NCBI GenBank assembly: GCA_011040095.1
Contig: DRDE01000038.1
Coordinates: 1-37,989 of the forward strand
DNA length: 37,989 bases
Source: Nitrospirota bacterium
GTDB taxonomy: Bacteria > Nitrospirota > Thermodesulfovibrionia > UBA6902
Direction of reading: 5' to 3'
Shown: positions 27,608 to 36,293 of the stretch, one piece after another
Position numbering within the stretch: the first letter of the stretch is position 1
Layout of the letters: each line of letters begins with the position of its first letter
Made by a program: the position numbers and the translations under genes
The notes under the pieces: model-generated
The model's input: the letters and a program-made list of their open reading frames with translations, nothing else
The model's database searches: none
What the model was told of the DNA's origin: nothing

Positions 27608-29350
27608 CTACCTCCTATTTATAATCTCATCTTTGAGAAAAACTATCAGCTCTTCAACGGTCATTTCCGCTATGCTTTCTCCATTCCTCTTCCTGATATT
27701 TACGGTATTATTTTCCGTTTCTTTGTCACCTATTATACACATGTATGGTGTTTTTAACATAGCTGCTTTCCTTATTTTATAGCCGATTTTTTCATTGTCC
27801 GCATCCACATCAGCCCTTATCCCTTCTTTAACAAGGGCATCCGATATTCCCTTGCAATAATCCGCATGTCTCTCGGCAATGCTCAATACCGAAACCTGCA
27901 CCGGGGCAAGCCACAGAGGAAAAGCTCCGGCATAGTGTTCCGTTAAAATGCCGAAGAATCTCTCTAAGGACCCCATAAGCGCCCGGTGTATCATTATGGG
28001 CCTGTAGTCCCGGCTGTCCGACCCCCTGTATTTAATGTCCAGCCTGTCCGGAATATTAAAGTCCACCTGTATTGTGCTGCACTGCCACTGACGGCCAAGT
28101 GAATCCCTTACCTTGATATCGATCTTCGGTCCATAGAATACACCCTCGCCGGGGTCAATTTCATATTTCAGGGCTTTGTGCAACAGCGCCTTTTCCAATG
28201 CGTCCGTTGCCTTTTCCCAGCCTTCTTCGGTTCCCACGTATTTATCCGGCCTTGTTGAGAGATATATATCGTATTCATCAAAGCCGAAGGTCTTCAGAAT
28301 AAACAGGGTAAAGTCCAGCACCCTTAAAACTTCATCTTCAATCCGGTCTTCCATACAGAAAATATGAGCGTCATCCTGTGTAAACCCCCTTACCCTCATT
28401 AAACCGTGAAGAACGCCGGAACGTTCATACCTGTATACAGTCCCCAGTTCAGCGAAGCGTATGGGCAATTCCCTGTAACTTCTCAGGCGGCTCTTGAAAA
28501 TGGATACATGAAACGGACAGTTCATGGGTTTTATTTCATATTCAAGCCCTTCTATTTCCATAGGAGAATACATATTTTCTTTATAGAAGTCCAGGTGGCC
28601 TGTTTTTTTCCACAGATCCAGTTTTGCCATATGAGGGGTGTAGAGAATCTGGTAACCGGCCTTAACATGTTCATCAAGCCAGAAATTTTCTATAACCCTT
28701 CTGATTGCCGCGCCGCGCGGATGCCACAGCACGAGTCCCGGCCCGATATCTTCATTTAAACTGAAAAGATCAAGTTTTTTCCCCAGTCGCCTGTGGTCTC
28801 TTTTCTTTACTTCCTCAAGAAAATCAAGATGCTTTTTCAGCGCCTCCTTTGTGGGAAATGCAGTGCCGTAGATGCGTTGAAGCATCTTGTTTTTTTCATC
28901 TCCCCTCCAGTAGGCGCCTGCCACGGACAGGAGTTTGAATGCCCTGACCTTTCCGGTAGATTCAAGGTGAGGGCCGCGGCAGAGGTCGGTGAAATCTCCT
29001 TCTTCATAAACAGTCACGGTTTTATCTTTAATCTCGTTCAGGAGTTCGACCTTATATATCTCTCCATTGTCCTGAAAAAACTTTATAGCTTCATCCCTGG
29101 AAAGTTCTTTCCTTACAAACGGCCTTTTGGCCTTTATAATTTCTTTCATTTTTTTTTCGATTTTCGGCAGATCGTCCAGGGTTATACCGTGGTCGCAATC
29201 CAGGTCATAATAAAACCCGTCGGCAATAGCAGGACCAATGGCAAGCCTTGTATCGGGGAAAAGCTCTTTAACTGCATGAGCCATGATATGGGATGTGCTG
29301 TGGCGATAGATTTCAAGAACTTTTTTATCGTTTCCAGGTGATTCTTTAAT
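27608..29350 (-). CDS. thrS: Threonine-tRNA ligase, no TGS domain, probable ATT start
   Basis: RHSTSHIMAHAV, DLCRGPH, RDHRRLG, KPMNCP, FYGPKID; frame extends 22 codons upstream of Met 29284 to an ATT 7 nt after AGGAGG. Confidence 0.95.
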   Translation of the reverse strand: MKESPGNDKKVLEIYRHSTSHIMAHAVKELFPDTRLAIGPAIADGFYYDLDCDHGITLDDLPKIEKKMKEIIKAKRPFVRKELSRDEAIKFFQDNGEIYKVELLNEIKDKTVTVYEEGDFTDLCRGPHLESTGKVRAFKLLSVAGAYWRGDEKNKMLQRIYGTAFPTKEALKKHLDFLEEVKKRDHRRLGKKLDLFSLNEDIGPGLVLWHPRGAAIRRVIENFWLDEHVKAGYQILYTPHMAKLDLWKKTGHLDFYKENMYSPMEIEGLEYEIKPMNCPFHVSIFKSRLRSYRELPIRFAELGTVYRYERSGVLHGLMRVRGFTQDDAHIFCMEDRIEDEVLRVLDFTLFILKTFGFDEYDIYLSTRPDKYVGTEEGWEKATDALEKALLHKALKYEIDPGEGVFYGPKIDIKVRDSLGRQWQCSTIQVDFNIPDRLDIKYRGSDSRDYRPIMIHRALMGSLERFFGILTEHYAGAFPLWLAPVQVSVLSIAERHADYCKGISDALVKEGIRADVDADNEKIGYKIRKAAMLKTPYMCIIGDKETENNTVNIRKRNGESIAEMTVEELIVFLKDEIINRR

Positions 29351-29430
29351 ACTGATACCTCCTGTTTTATACTGTTAGCTGTCAGCGAAAAAATCAATTC
29401 GTTTTTAGCCGACTGCTGATAACTTCTTAA

Positions 29431-29505
29431 TGGTAGGCACGGGCGGTATCGAACCGCCGACCTCTTCCGTGTCAGGGAAGCGCTCTCCCCCTGAGCTACG
29501 CGCCT
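29431..29505 (-). tRNA. tRNA-Val (GAC)
   Basis: AGGCGCGTAGCTCAGGGGGAGAGCGCTTCCCT-GAC-ACGGAAGAGGTCGGCGGTTCGATACCGCCCGTGCCTACCA folds as a cloverleaf with encoded CCA. Confidence 0.97.
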
Positions 29506-29584
29506 TTAAAATGCTAAGGAAATGTTAAAGAAAATTGGAATCTTTGTCAAGATAATCAATTAATTGCTCATCTTATTGAAATAT

Positions 29585-30466
29585 TCAAACACCTTGCCGT
29601 ACAACACGTACTGCATCTTTAACTACATCGATTTTCACAGGCAGTGTTCCGAAATAATCTCCATCTATCTGGACATGGACTTTGCCGTCTGAGCGGATTT
29701 CAAGCTCCGAAGCCTTGCTGTAGGATACATCATCAAGATCCAAATGCCTTTTCCTGATAACGCCGGTTATAAACCGGAAAAGCGCCCTCCTTGTTCCGCC
29801 TTTTAACACGCATATGTCAAGAAGGGGCTCGGCAACGGATGCATGAGGAGTTACATGAAAATCTCCGCCGTAACAACGCGCATTGCCCGCAACAGCAATA
29901 TACCCGGACATTTCCCCTTCCGGGGTTTTTATTTTTATAAGCGGGGGATCATATCTTTTCATGACCCCGATTCCTGAAATTATATGCGCAGCCTTGCCGG
30001 ATATCCTTTTTATCATGCTGTTTTTAACCCCCAGAACCGTCTCACCGTCAAAACCGATACCGGCCATCAATGAAAAATACCGGCCGTTGATCCTGCCAAG
30101 TGATATTCCGCGAGCCGTACCGGTTAATGCGAGGTTAACGGCTCTTTCAATTTCTTCAGGGATGCCGAGTTCTCTGGCCAGGACATTTGTTGTCCCGAGC
30201 GGGATTAATGCGAGAGGTATGTTGCCCTGATTATTTTTTTCTGAAGAAAGCATGCCGTTGATAACTTCATTTATTGTGCCGTCGCCGCCGCCTGTTATTA
30301 TAATATCCGCATCGGATATTTCTTTAGAAAAACTAAAGGCATCTCCTTTTTTCCGGGTAACGCAGGTTGTCAGAGATGCTTTTTTCTTAAGTAACGTCTC
30401 TATCTTATTGATAAATTTAAAGGCCTTGTTCCCGGCAACGGGATTAACGACGAGGCTTGCGTTCAA
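29585..30466 (-). CDS. Diacylglycerol kinase-family (YegS/DAGK) lipid kinase
   Basis: NPVAG, GGDGTINEVING, PLGTTNVLA, GIGFDG, QIDGD. Confidence 0.92.
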   Translation of the reverse strand: MNASLVVNPVAGNKAFKFINKIETLLKKKASLTTCVTRKKGDAFSFSKEISDADIIITGGGDGTINEVINGMLSSEKNNQGNIPLALIPLGTTNVLARELGIPEEIERAVNLALTGTARGISLGRINGRYFSLMAGIGFDGETVLGVKNSMIKRISGKAAHIISGIGVMKRYDPPLIKIKTPEGEMSGYIAVAGNARCYGGDFHVTPHASVAEPLLDICVLKGGTRRALFRFITGVIRKRHLDLDDVSYSKASELEIRSDGKVHVQIDGDYFGTLPVKIDVVKDAVRVVRQGV

Positions 30467-31244
30467 GGATTTCCTTTAAAGTCACTACACCATTGCAGGG
30501 CTTGATATTATTTATTAAAACAGGTGTCCCCTGGAGATATTTAATAAGTTCTTTAACCTCTCCGCCCGTAATAAAAAAAGCTCTGCCCCCATACGGGACA
30601 CCCCTTTTTTTGATGCGCGGAAGCCGGATGTAACCGTGTGCGCGTGTAGCCACATACCCTGTTGTGTAATTCGGGTCATCGGATATGCAGAGCTCTCCGA
30701 GAACCATGCGATACTTATGGACCTTTCCGGCCAGGATAAGGGCCTCTTTGACAGTATGATTATTAAGGCCGAGTCGCCCTAATTTCCTGGAAAGGTCTGT
30801 TGCCGCCTTTTTGGTTATCCCCATTCGTGTCACTCTGACACCGCGCAAAAGATCAGGCTCAAGCCTCACGCCTTCTATGTTCATTAACATTGCACCCCTC
30901 ATTGCAATGCCGACTTCAAGGGCCTTGAACGCCTCCTCTATTGCCCGGACGGTTATGCCTGTGGATGAGAGGATTTTCAGGGCGGCTTTTTTTGCCGCCT
31001 CGGGATTTCTCGTATTCAGGGTGCAAAGCGGAAGTGAAGATATCTTTTTCGGCTTTTCCTTTAACTCCTCTACTGTAAGACGTATTTCATCCGCTCCGCC
31101 CTTTTCATGAATCAGGGCCCTCTGCGTATACTCTTTAACTATATTAGTGATATCATTTTTATCATAAATGCCTTCAGCGCCTGATATGTGAATGCCGCTT
31201 TTTGCAGATCTCATCCTTATGCTGTAATACCGGAACCTGGACAT
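30444..31244 (-). CDS. bioW: 6-carboxyhexanoate-CoA ligase (pimeloyl-CoA synthetase)
   Basis: YSIRMRS..HISGAE, MRGAML, RGVRVT, EALILA.KV, ELCISDDPNYTTGYVA. Confidence 0.93.
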   Translation of the reverse strand: MSRFRYYSIRMRSAKSGIHISGAEGIYDKNDITNIVKEYTQRALIHEKGGADEIRLTVEELKEKPKKISSLPLCTLNTRNPEAAKKAALKILSSTGITVRAIEEAFKALEVGIAMRGAMLMNIEGVRLEPDLLRGVRVTRMGITKKAATDLSRKLGRLGLNNHTVKEALILAGKVHKYRMVLGELCISDDPNYTTGYVATRAHGYIRLPRIKKRGVPYGGRAFFITGGEVKELIKYLQGTPVLINNIKPCNGVVTLKEILERKPRR

Positions 31245-32203
31245 TATATCTCAAGCCCCAAATCTTTAATCATCTGCAGATCATCCGCAGGATCTCTTCC
31301 CTCTGTTGTAAGATAGTTGCCGATTAACAGCCCGTCAGCCCCTGCCTGGAAAATATGAGAATGAAGGGCCCGCAGAGTCACCGCCCTTCCACCGCAGACC
31401 CTGACCTCACGCCAGGGAAGAACAAGTCTGTAAAGGGCTATAATCTTCAAAGCCTCTAAGGGATTCAGTAGTTCCCTGTTTCCGGACAATGTGCCTTTTA
31501 TCGGGGTAAAGAAATTAAGAGGCACAGAGTCAACACCTGTTTCTTTTAAGGCAAAGGCCATATCAATGCGGTCTTCCCAGGATTCCCCCAGTCCGAATAT
31601 TCCTCCGCTGCATATGGACAGACCAAGGGAACTGGCTGCTTCGATAGTTTTGATTTTATCCCTGTATGTATGAGTAGTGCAGATTTCACTGAAAAAATGC
31701 TCTGAAGTCTCAAGGTTGTGATGGTACCTGTTAAGGCCGGCGTCTTTCAGTTGTCTTAGCTGTCCAATATCCAGCATGCCCAAAGTGGCGCATGGCAAAA
31801 GCCCCATGCCTCTGATTTCAGAGACAAAACCACATATTTCATCCAGCTCTTTAGCGGAAGGTTTTCTACCGCTTGTGACTATGCAAAAGCGCTTGACCCC
31901 GTATTTTTTTGCAGAAGCCGCAGCGCCAAGGATTTTTTCTTTACTTAATAATGGATAAGCATTCGTATCTGTTTTGCTATGTGCGGACTGTGCACAAAAA
32001 GAGCAGTCCTCAGGGCATGCGCCTGATTTGGCATTGATTATCGAACACAGATCAACACTGTTTCCCCTGAACTTCTCCCTCACCCTGTTTGCTAAAGCAA
32101 AAAGGTCATAAATTTCAGCGCCTCTCCTGAGAGATAGGGCCAGGGCTGAATGCCTGTCTATTCCTTGATCTGAATTAAGCAATCCCTGCTCTGTCTGAAG
32201 CAT
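31244..32203 (-). CDS. bioB: Biotin synthase (radical SAM)
   Basis: NAKSGACPEDCSFCAQS, YHHNLETS, CSGGIFGLGE, GNYLTT.GR. Confidence 0.97.
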   Translation of the reverse strand: MLQTEQGLLNSDQGIDRHSALALSLRRGAEIYDLFALANRVREKFRGNSVDLCSIINAKSGACPEDCSFCAQSAHSKTDTNAYPLLSKEKILGAAASAKKYGVKRFCIVTSGRKPSAKELDEICGFVSEIRGMGLLPCATLGMLDIGQLRQLKDAGLNRYHHNLETSEHFFSEICTTHTYRDKIKTIEAASSLGLSICSGGIFGLGESWEDRIDMAFALKETGVDSVPLNFFTPIKGTLSGNRELLNPLEALKIIALYRLVLPWREVRVCGGRAVTLRALHSHIFQAGADGLLIGNYLTTEGRDPADDLQMIKDLGLEI

Positions 32204-32339
32204 CAGTTATTATCTCCCTGTAAACAGGGGATTGTCAATAAAATTAAGGGCGCAGTTGATGATGATGAGTTTAATCGAAAGCCTGTCGGCTTAATTATTA
32301 TGATAAATCAAAGAGATACATATTGCTTATTAAAGTAAA

Positions 32340-32624
32340 TTACCAGCCATATCTGACATCAAAACCATCGAATTCTCCGGTGTAGTCATCCCATTTTTCA
32401 TCAATTTTTGCAACTCTTGCACCCGGAGGACCCTGATGACACCACTCAACGGCCTTTTTCAATTTTTCAACCGGGCCTTCAAAGACAGCTTCAACGCTGC
32501 CGTCAGGCAGGTTTCTGACCCATCCCTTTAAACCGAGTCTCATGGCCGTGTCCCTTGTGCTTGCCCGATAAAAGACTCCCTGCACAAAACCGGATATTAT
32601 CAAATGCACCCTGCCCTTTTCCAT
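32340..32624 (-). CDS. acyP: Acylphosphatase
   Basis: SGFVQGVFYR, GWVRNLPDGSVE, GPPGARV. Confidence 0.95.
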   Translation of the reverse strand: MEKGRVHLIISGFVQGVFYRASTRDTAMRLGLKGWVRNLPDGSVEAVFEGPVEKLKKAVEWCHQGPPGARVAKIDEKWDDYTGEFDGFDVRYGW

Positions 32625-32716
32625 AGTTATGATTATACTATAAAAATTAAACCGGAACGTCTTTCGACTATTCAGTTTCGGAAAAATCGCCTCATAATCC
32701 TGAATCTCTTATATTT

Positions 32717-33055
32717 GTAACCGTTCACAGTTATCAGTTTACGGTTCACGGTTTTTCAACGAGTTAGCAATAATTAATGTAATTACCAATTTGCTTTAGG
32801 GCTCGCGAAAGAATAAGTTGACATTCTTCGCGCTCAGATTTGTGGTTGGATTTGGTTGGTCCGATTGAGCAAAACCGCAGGAATAACTGGTTATTTTGAG
32901 GATTTTGTGATTGAGGAGCAGCCGAAGACGGCCCGAAGATGAGATGTGAAAATGTTAAGTTATTTTTTCGCGGACCCTTAGTCAAACGGATAGCCATATT
33001 TTTTTATATATTTCCTTCAACCGTTAACCTTTAACCGGCAACCGTGAACGGTTAC
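32717..33055. mobile_element. 339-bp family C MITE with 8-bp TSD, carrying a nested element
   Basis: TIR GTAACCGTTCAC / GTGAACGGTTAC; TTATATTT on both flanks (32709-32716, 33056-33063). Confidence 0.87.
32799..32977. mobile_element. 179-bp nested MITE (family D) with TTA duplication
   Basis: 27-bp imperfect TIR GGGCTCGCGAAAGAATAAGTTGACATT vs the reverse complement GGGTCCGCGAAAAAATAACTTAACATT; TTA at 32796-32798 and 32978-32980. Confidence 0.75.
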
Positions 33056-33329
33056 TTATATTTATACAGCAGACGCATAAACAGGGAAACATGCCGTAAT
33101 TATTGAGATTAACTCGCAGGGAGACATGTTTAATTTTGTAAAATATTCCATTGCACAACCAAACTATGAACATTTTATTGTCCTTTGATACGGTTCAGCC
33201 CGGGATTTTACAAATTATTATCAACCACGAAGGGCACGAAGATCACGAAGAAGGGCTATATCCGAAATTCTCAAAGGGGAAAAGGGGGTGCGCTGAACCA
33301 TTACTTCCTCTGTAAGAATTTTGAACGCA

Positions 33330-33357
33330 GTAGGGGCAATTCATGAATTGCCCCTAC
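33330..33357. repeat. GTAG-type REP palindrome
   Basis: Perfect 28-bp palindrome GTAGGGGCAATTCATGAATTGCCCCTAC. Confidence 0.75.
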
Positions 33358-33443
33358 ATCTTCATTACAATACGATAAGATATTGAAAATAAGTGACTGT
33401 AGATCATAAATAAGCGTATTTGCCGGACTTCAGACTGAAACTT

Positions 33444-33470
33444 GTAACGTTACGCGTAACATGATAGAAT
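33444..33470 (+). promoter_or_regulatory. Putative HigA operator and extended -10 of the higBA promoter
   Basis: Overlapping palindromes GTAACGTTAC (33444-33453) and GTTACGCGTAAC (33449-33460), followed by TGaTAGAAT. Confidence 0.6.
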
Positions 33471-33477
33471 GAAAAAA

Positions 33478-33519
33478 ATGATAAAGTCTTTACTCTTTGA
33501 TTACCGTGATTACCATTAG
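33478..33519 (+). pseudogene. higB: higB toxin remnant, internally deleted (MIKSLLFDYRDYH*)
   Basis: Joins the typical HigB start (MIKS) to the typical HigB end (DYxDYH*) directly upstream of higA. Confidence 0.75.
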
Positions 33520-33537
33520 TTCAAAAGGAGAATTTAC

Positions 33538-33828
33538 ATGATTGGAAAAAGAAAACCCACTCATCCTGGAGAAGTCCTGAGTGAAGATGTTATTAAGCCC
33601 TTGGGACTTACAGTAACTGAGGCTGCTAAACGACTGCGAGTCAGCAGAAAAACTTTGTCTGCCTTGCTGAACGGCAGGGCATCATTAAGCCCTGAAATGG
33701 CGGTGAGAATAGCAAAAGCAACAAATACTTCACCGGAGAGCTGGCTGTATATGCAGGCAAAGCTGGACCTCTGGATTGCAGCCAAAAAATCGCCAAAGGT
33801 TCAAGACCTTAAAGCAATTGCTGTATAA
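33538..33828 (+). CDS. higA: HigA-family addiction module antitoxin (HTH-XRE)
   Basis: PTHPGEVL.ED, LTVTEAA..L.VSRKTLS, SPEMAVR, ESWL.MQ..DLW. Confidence 0.93.
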   Translation: MIGKRKPTHPGEVLSEDVIKPLGLTVTEAAKRLRVSRKTLSALLNGRASLSPEMAVRIAKATNTSPESWLYMQAKLDLWIAAKKSPKVQDLKAIAV

Positions 33829-33922
33829 TATTACCGGATCACGCAGTTAGATAAAAATTTTTTTATCGAGATATTATTGGATGTAAATAAATCGACAATA
33901 ATTTTATATACAGGAGGTAAAC

Positions 33923-35140
33923 GTGAAAAGTGTAGAAATAAAACCGGATATATACCTGGTAGGCGCAATTGACTGGGCAGTAAGGGATTTCCACGGATAT
34001 GTAACCCCGAACGGGACCACATACAACAACTATCTTATAATGGATGAGCAGATAACCCTTGTCGACACGGTCAAACATGACTTTGTGCGTCATACCGTAA
34101 AAAATATCATGAACCTGACCGATCCCTCGAAGATCGTAAATCTGATCATCAATCATATCGAGCCGGACCATGCAAGCAGTGTAGACAAAATTATGTCGCT
34201 TGCTCCGGACGCGACTATTTATATAACCGCCAAGGGCAAAAAAGGGCTTGACAGGCATTTTGATACATCAAAATGGAATTTCAGGATAGTTAAGACAGGG
34301 GATACACTCAATACCGGTAAATATACCCTTGTATTTCTTGAAACCCCTATGCTCCACTGGCCCGATTCAATGATGACCTATGTTAAAGAGGCAAAACTCC
34401 TTATTTCACAGGATGCATTCGGACAGCATCTTGCAACCTCTGCAAGGTTTGATGATGAATTTATTGAGAATGCTTCGCTCTGTGAACTGGAGGATTCCAT
34501 AATCGATTACTATGCAAATATTCTCATGCCATTCGGACAGCTTATCAAATCAAAGCTGTCAGAGGTGCAGAAGCTCGGACTTGAAATAGACATGATTGCA
34601 CCCGACCATGGAATAATATGGAGAAAAGACCCGGGAAGCATAATGCAGAAATATCTCGATATGGCTGATGGAAAGGCGAACCTGAGTATATCGTTAATTT
34701 ACGATACCATGTGGAACAGTACGGAGCGTATGACAATCCCGATAATGCAGGGGATAAGAGACGAGGGCCTTGATTGCAAGGTAATAAAGCTTCGTTCAAC
34801 ACCCATGAGTGTTGCAATAAAAGAATTCTGGAAGTCAAGGGGATGTCTCATCGGAAGCCCTACCCTCAATAATTTATTATTCCCTTCTGTAGCCGAATTC
34901 CTGACTCACCTCAGGGGATTACGCCCTAAAAACAGGATAATGGGGGCATTCGGCAGTTACGGATGGGGCGGCGGAGCAGTAAAAGAAGCTTATGAAGAAT
35001 TTAAAAAGATGAAGATAGAAATCCTTGAGCCCGGTATCGAGGTACTTTACAGACCGTCAATGGATGATGAGTCAAAGTGCTATGAATTCGGCGGGGATTT
35101 CGCTAAAAAAGTTAAAGAGTATCATAAGAATTTTGAGTAG
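33923..35140 (+). CDS. fprA: Flavodiiron protein (A-type flavoprotein, O2/NO reductase)
   Basis: GTTYNNYLI, HIEPDH, MLHWPDSM, DAFGQH, IAPDHG; C-terminal flavodoxin (GSPTLN, AFGSYGWGGGA); GTG start with GGAGG. Confidence 0.95.
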   Translation: MKSVEIKPDIYLVGAIDWAVRDFHGYVTPNGTTYNNYLIMDEQITLVDTVKHDFVRHTVKNIMNLTDPSKIVNLIINHIEPDHASSVDKIMSLAPDATIYITAKGKKGLDRHFDTSKWNFRIVKTGDTLNTGKYTLVFLETPMLHWPDSMMTYVKEAKLLISQDAFGQHLATSARFDDEFIENASLCELEDSIIDYYANILMPFGQLIKSKLSEVQKLGLEIDMIAPDHGIIWRKDPGSIMQKYLDMADGKANLSISLIYDTMWNSTERMTIPIMQGIRDEGLDCKVIKLRSTPMSVAIKEFWKSRGCLIGSPTLNNLLFPSVAEFLTHLRGLRPKNRIMGAFGSYGWGGGAVKEAYEEFKKMKIEILEPGIEVLYRPSMDDESKCYEFGGDFAKKVKEYHKNFE

Positions 35141-35160
35141 TATTTATAAAAATCGCCCCC

Positions 35161-36252
35161 ATGAAAAAGATTAGCGAACTATCGGCAGGCCCGGGATTCC
35201 TTGTGACTGCAGCGGCATTCGTTGTTGTGATCGCAGGGATACAGGCCGCAGAATCCATCCTGGTCCCATTTTTAATAGCCGTATTTATTGCAGTCATTTG
35301 CGCACCTCCGTTATTCTGGCTGCAGAGGAAAAAGGTTCCCGCGGTTCTCTCCATGCTAATAGTAGTGTCAGGGGCGATTGTGATCGGGTTAGCCATAATG
35401 ACATTGGTCGGCACATCCCTGAATGACTTTTCGCAGGCCCTGCCTTCTTACCAGGCAAGCCTCCAGGAAAAAATGTCCGGGTTCATGGGGTGGCTGGAAG
35501 GTATGGGTGTGGATATTTACAAGGAAGGGGTGATTAAGGCGTTGAACCCCGGTTTTGCCATGAAACTTGTCGCAAGCCTGCTCACCAGGTTAGGCAGTGT
35601 GCTCACCAATTCATTCATGATATTGCTTACGGTTATCTTCATTCTGCTGGAGGCATCGGGCTTCCCAAACAAATTGCGCGCTGTATCGGATAAGCCGGAT
35701 GCATCATTCGGCAATTTTAACAGTTTCATAAAAAACATCAACCGCTATATGGTGATCAAGACCTTGACAAGCCTGGCAACGGGCATTGCCATTGCAGCCT
35801 GGCTGATTTTCCTCGGCGTCAATCATCCTTTGCTCTGGGGGCTGCTGGCCTTTTTGCTTAATTATGTGCCGAATATCGGCTCGGTAATTGCCGCGGCCCC
35901 GGCCATACTCCTGGCATTAATACAGCTCGGGTCCGGCCCTGCGCTCCTGACAGGGCTTGGATATGCAGTGGTAAATATAATAATCGGAAGCATAATTGAA
36001 CCGAAGATCATGGGAAGAGGGCTTGGATTATCAACATTAGTCGTGTTCCTCTCGCTGGTCTTCTGGGGCTGGGTGCTGGGTCCTGTAGGCATGCTCCTCT
36101 CAGTGCCTTTAACTATGGCCGTGAAGATCGCCCTGGACAGCAATGAAGAGACCCGGTGGATTGCTGTTTTACTCGGTTCCGAAGGATCAATCCGGAATGT
36201 TTTGCAGGCTGAACACAGTGGCACAAGCAAGGAAAAACCCGGCGCCGAATAA
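35161..36252 (+). CDS. AI-2E family transporter
   Basis: LLNYVPNIGS, IEPKIMGRGLGLS, FWGWVLGPVGMLLSVPLT. Confidence 0.93.
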   Translation: MKKISELSAGPGFLVTAAAFVVVIAGIQAAESILVPFLIAVFIAVICAPPLFWLQRKKVPAVLSMLIVVSGAIVIGLAIMTLVGTSLNDFSQALPSYQASLQEKMSGFMGWLEGMGVDIYKEGVIKALNPGFAMKLVASLLTRLGSVLTNSFMILLTVIFILLEASGFPNKLRAVSDKPDASFGNFNSFIKNINRYMVIKTLTSLATGIAIAAWLIFLGVNHPLLWGLLAFLLNYVPNIGSVIAAAPAILLALIQLGSGPALLTGLGYAVVNIIIGSIIEPKIMGRGLGLSTLVVFLSLVFWGWVLGPVGMLLSVPLTMAVKIALDSNEETRWIAVLLGSEGSIRNVLQAEHSGTSKEKPGAE

Positions 36253-36293
36253 TCGGGTCGTCTTCAAATGTCACTGCACCCGCTGCTGCGGCG

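Noticed and set aside
29182-29397. 71-aa ORF as the true thrS N-terminus via frameshift
   Set aside because: The conserved RHSTSH is already in frame with thrS; the SD + ATT explains the start without a shift.
29431-29505. tRNA-Val as the integration site of the accessory region
   Set aside because: No duplicated tRNA 3' end or integrase seen; it sits in an ordinary position upstream of thrS.
32764-32997. 77-aa minus-strand ORF as a transposase fragment
   Set aside because: Spans the nested MITE; no recognisable transposase motif.
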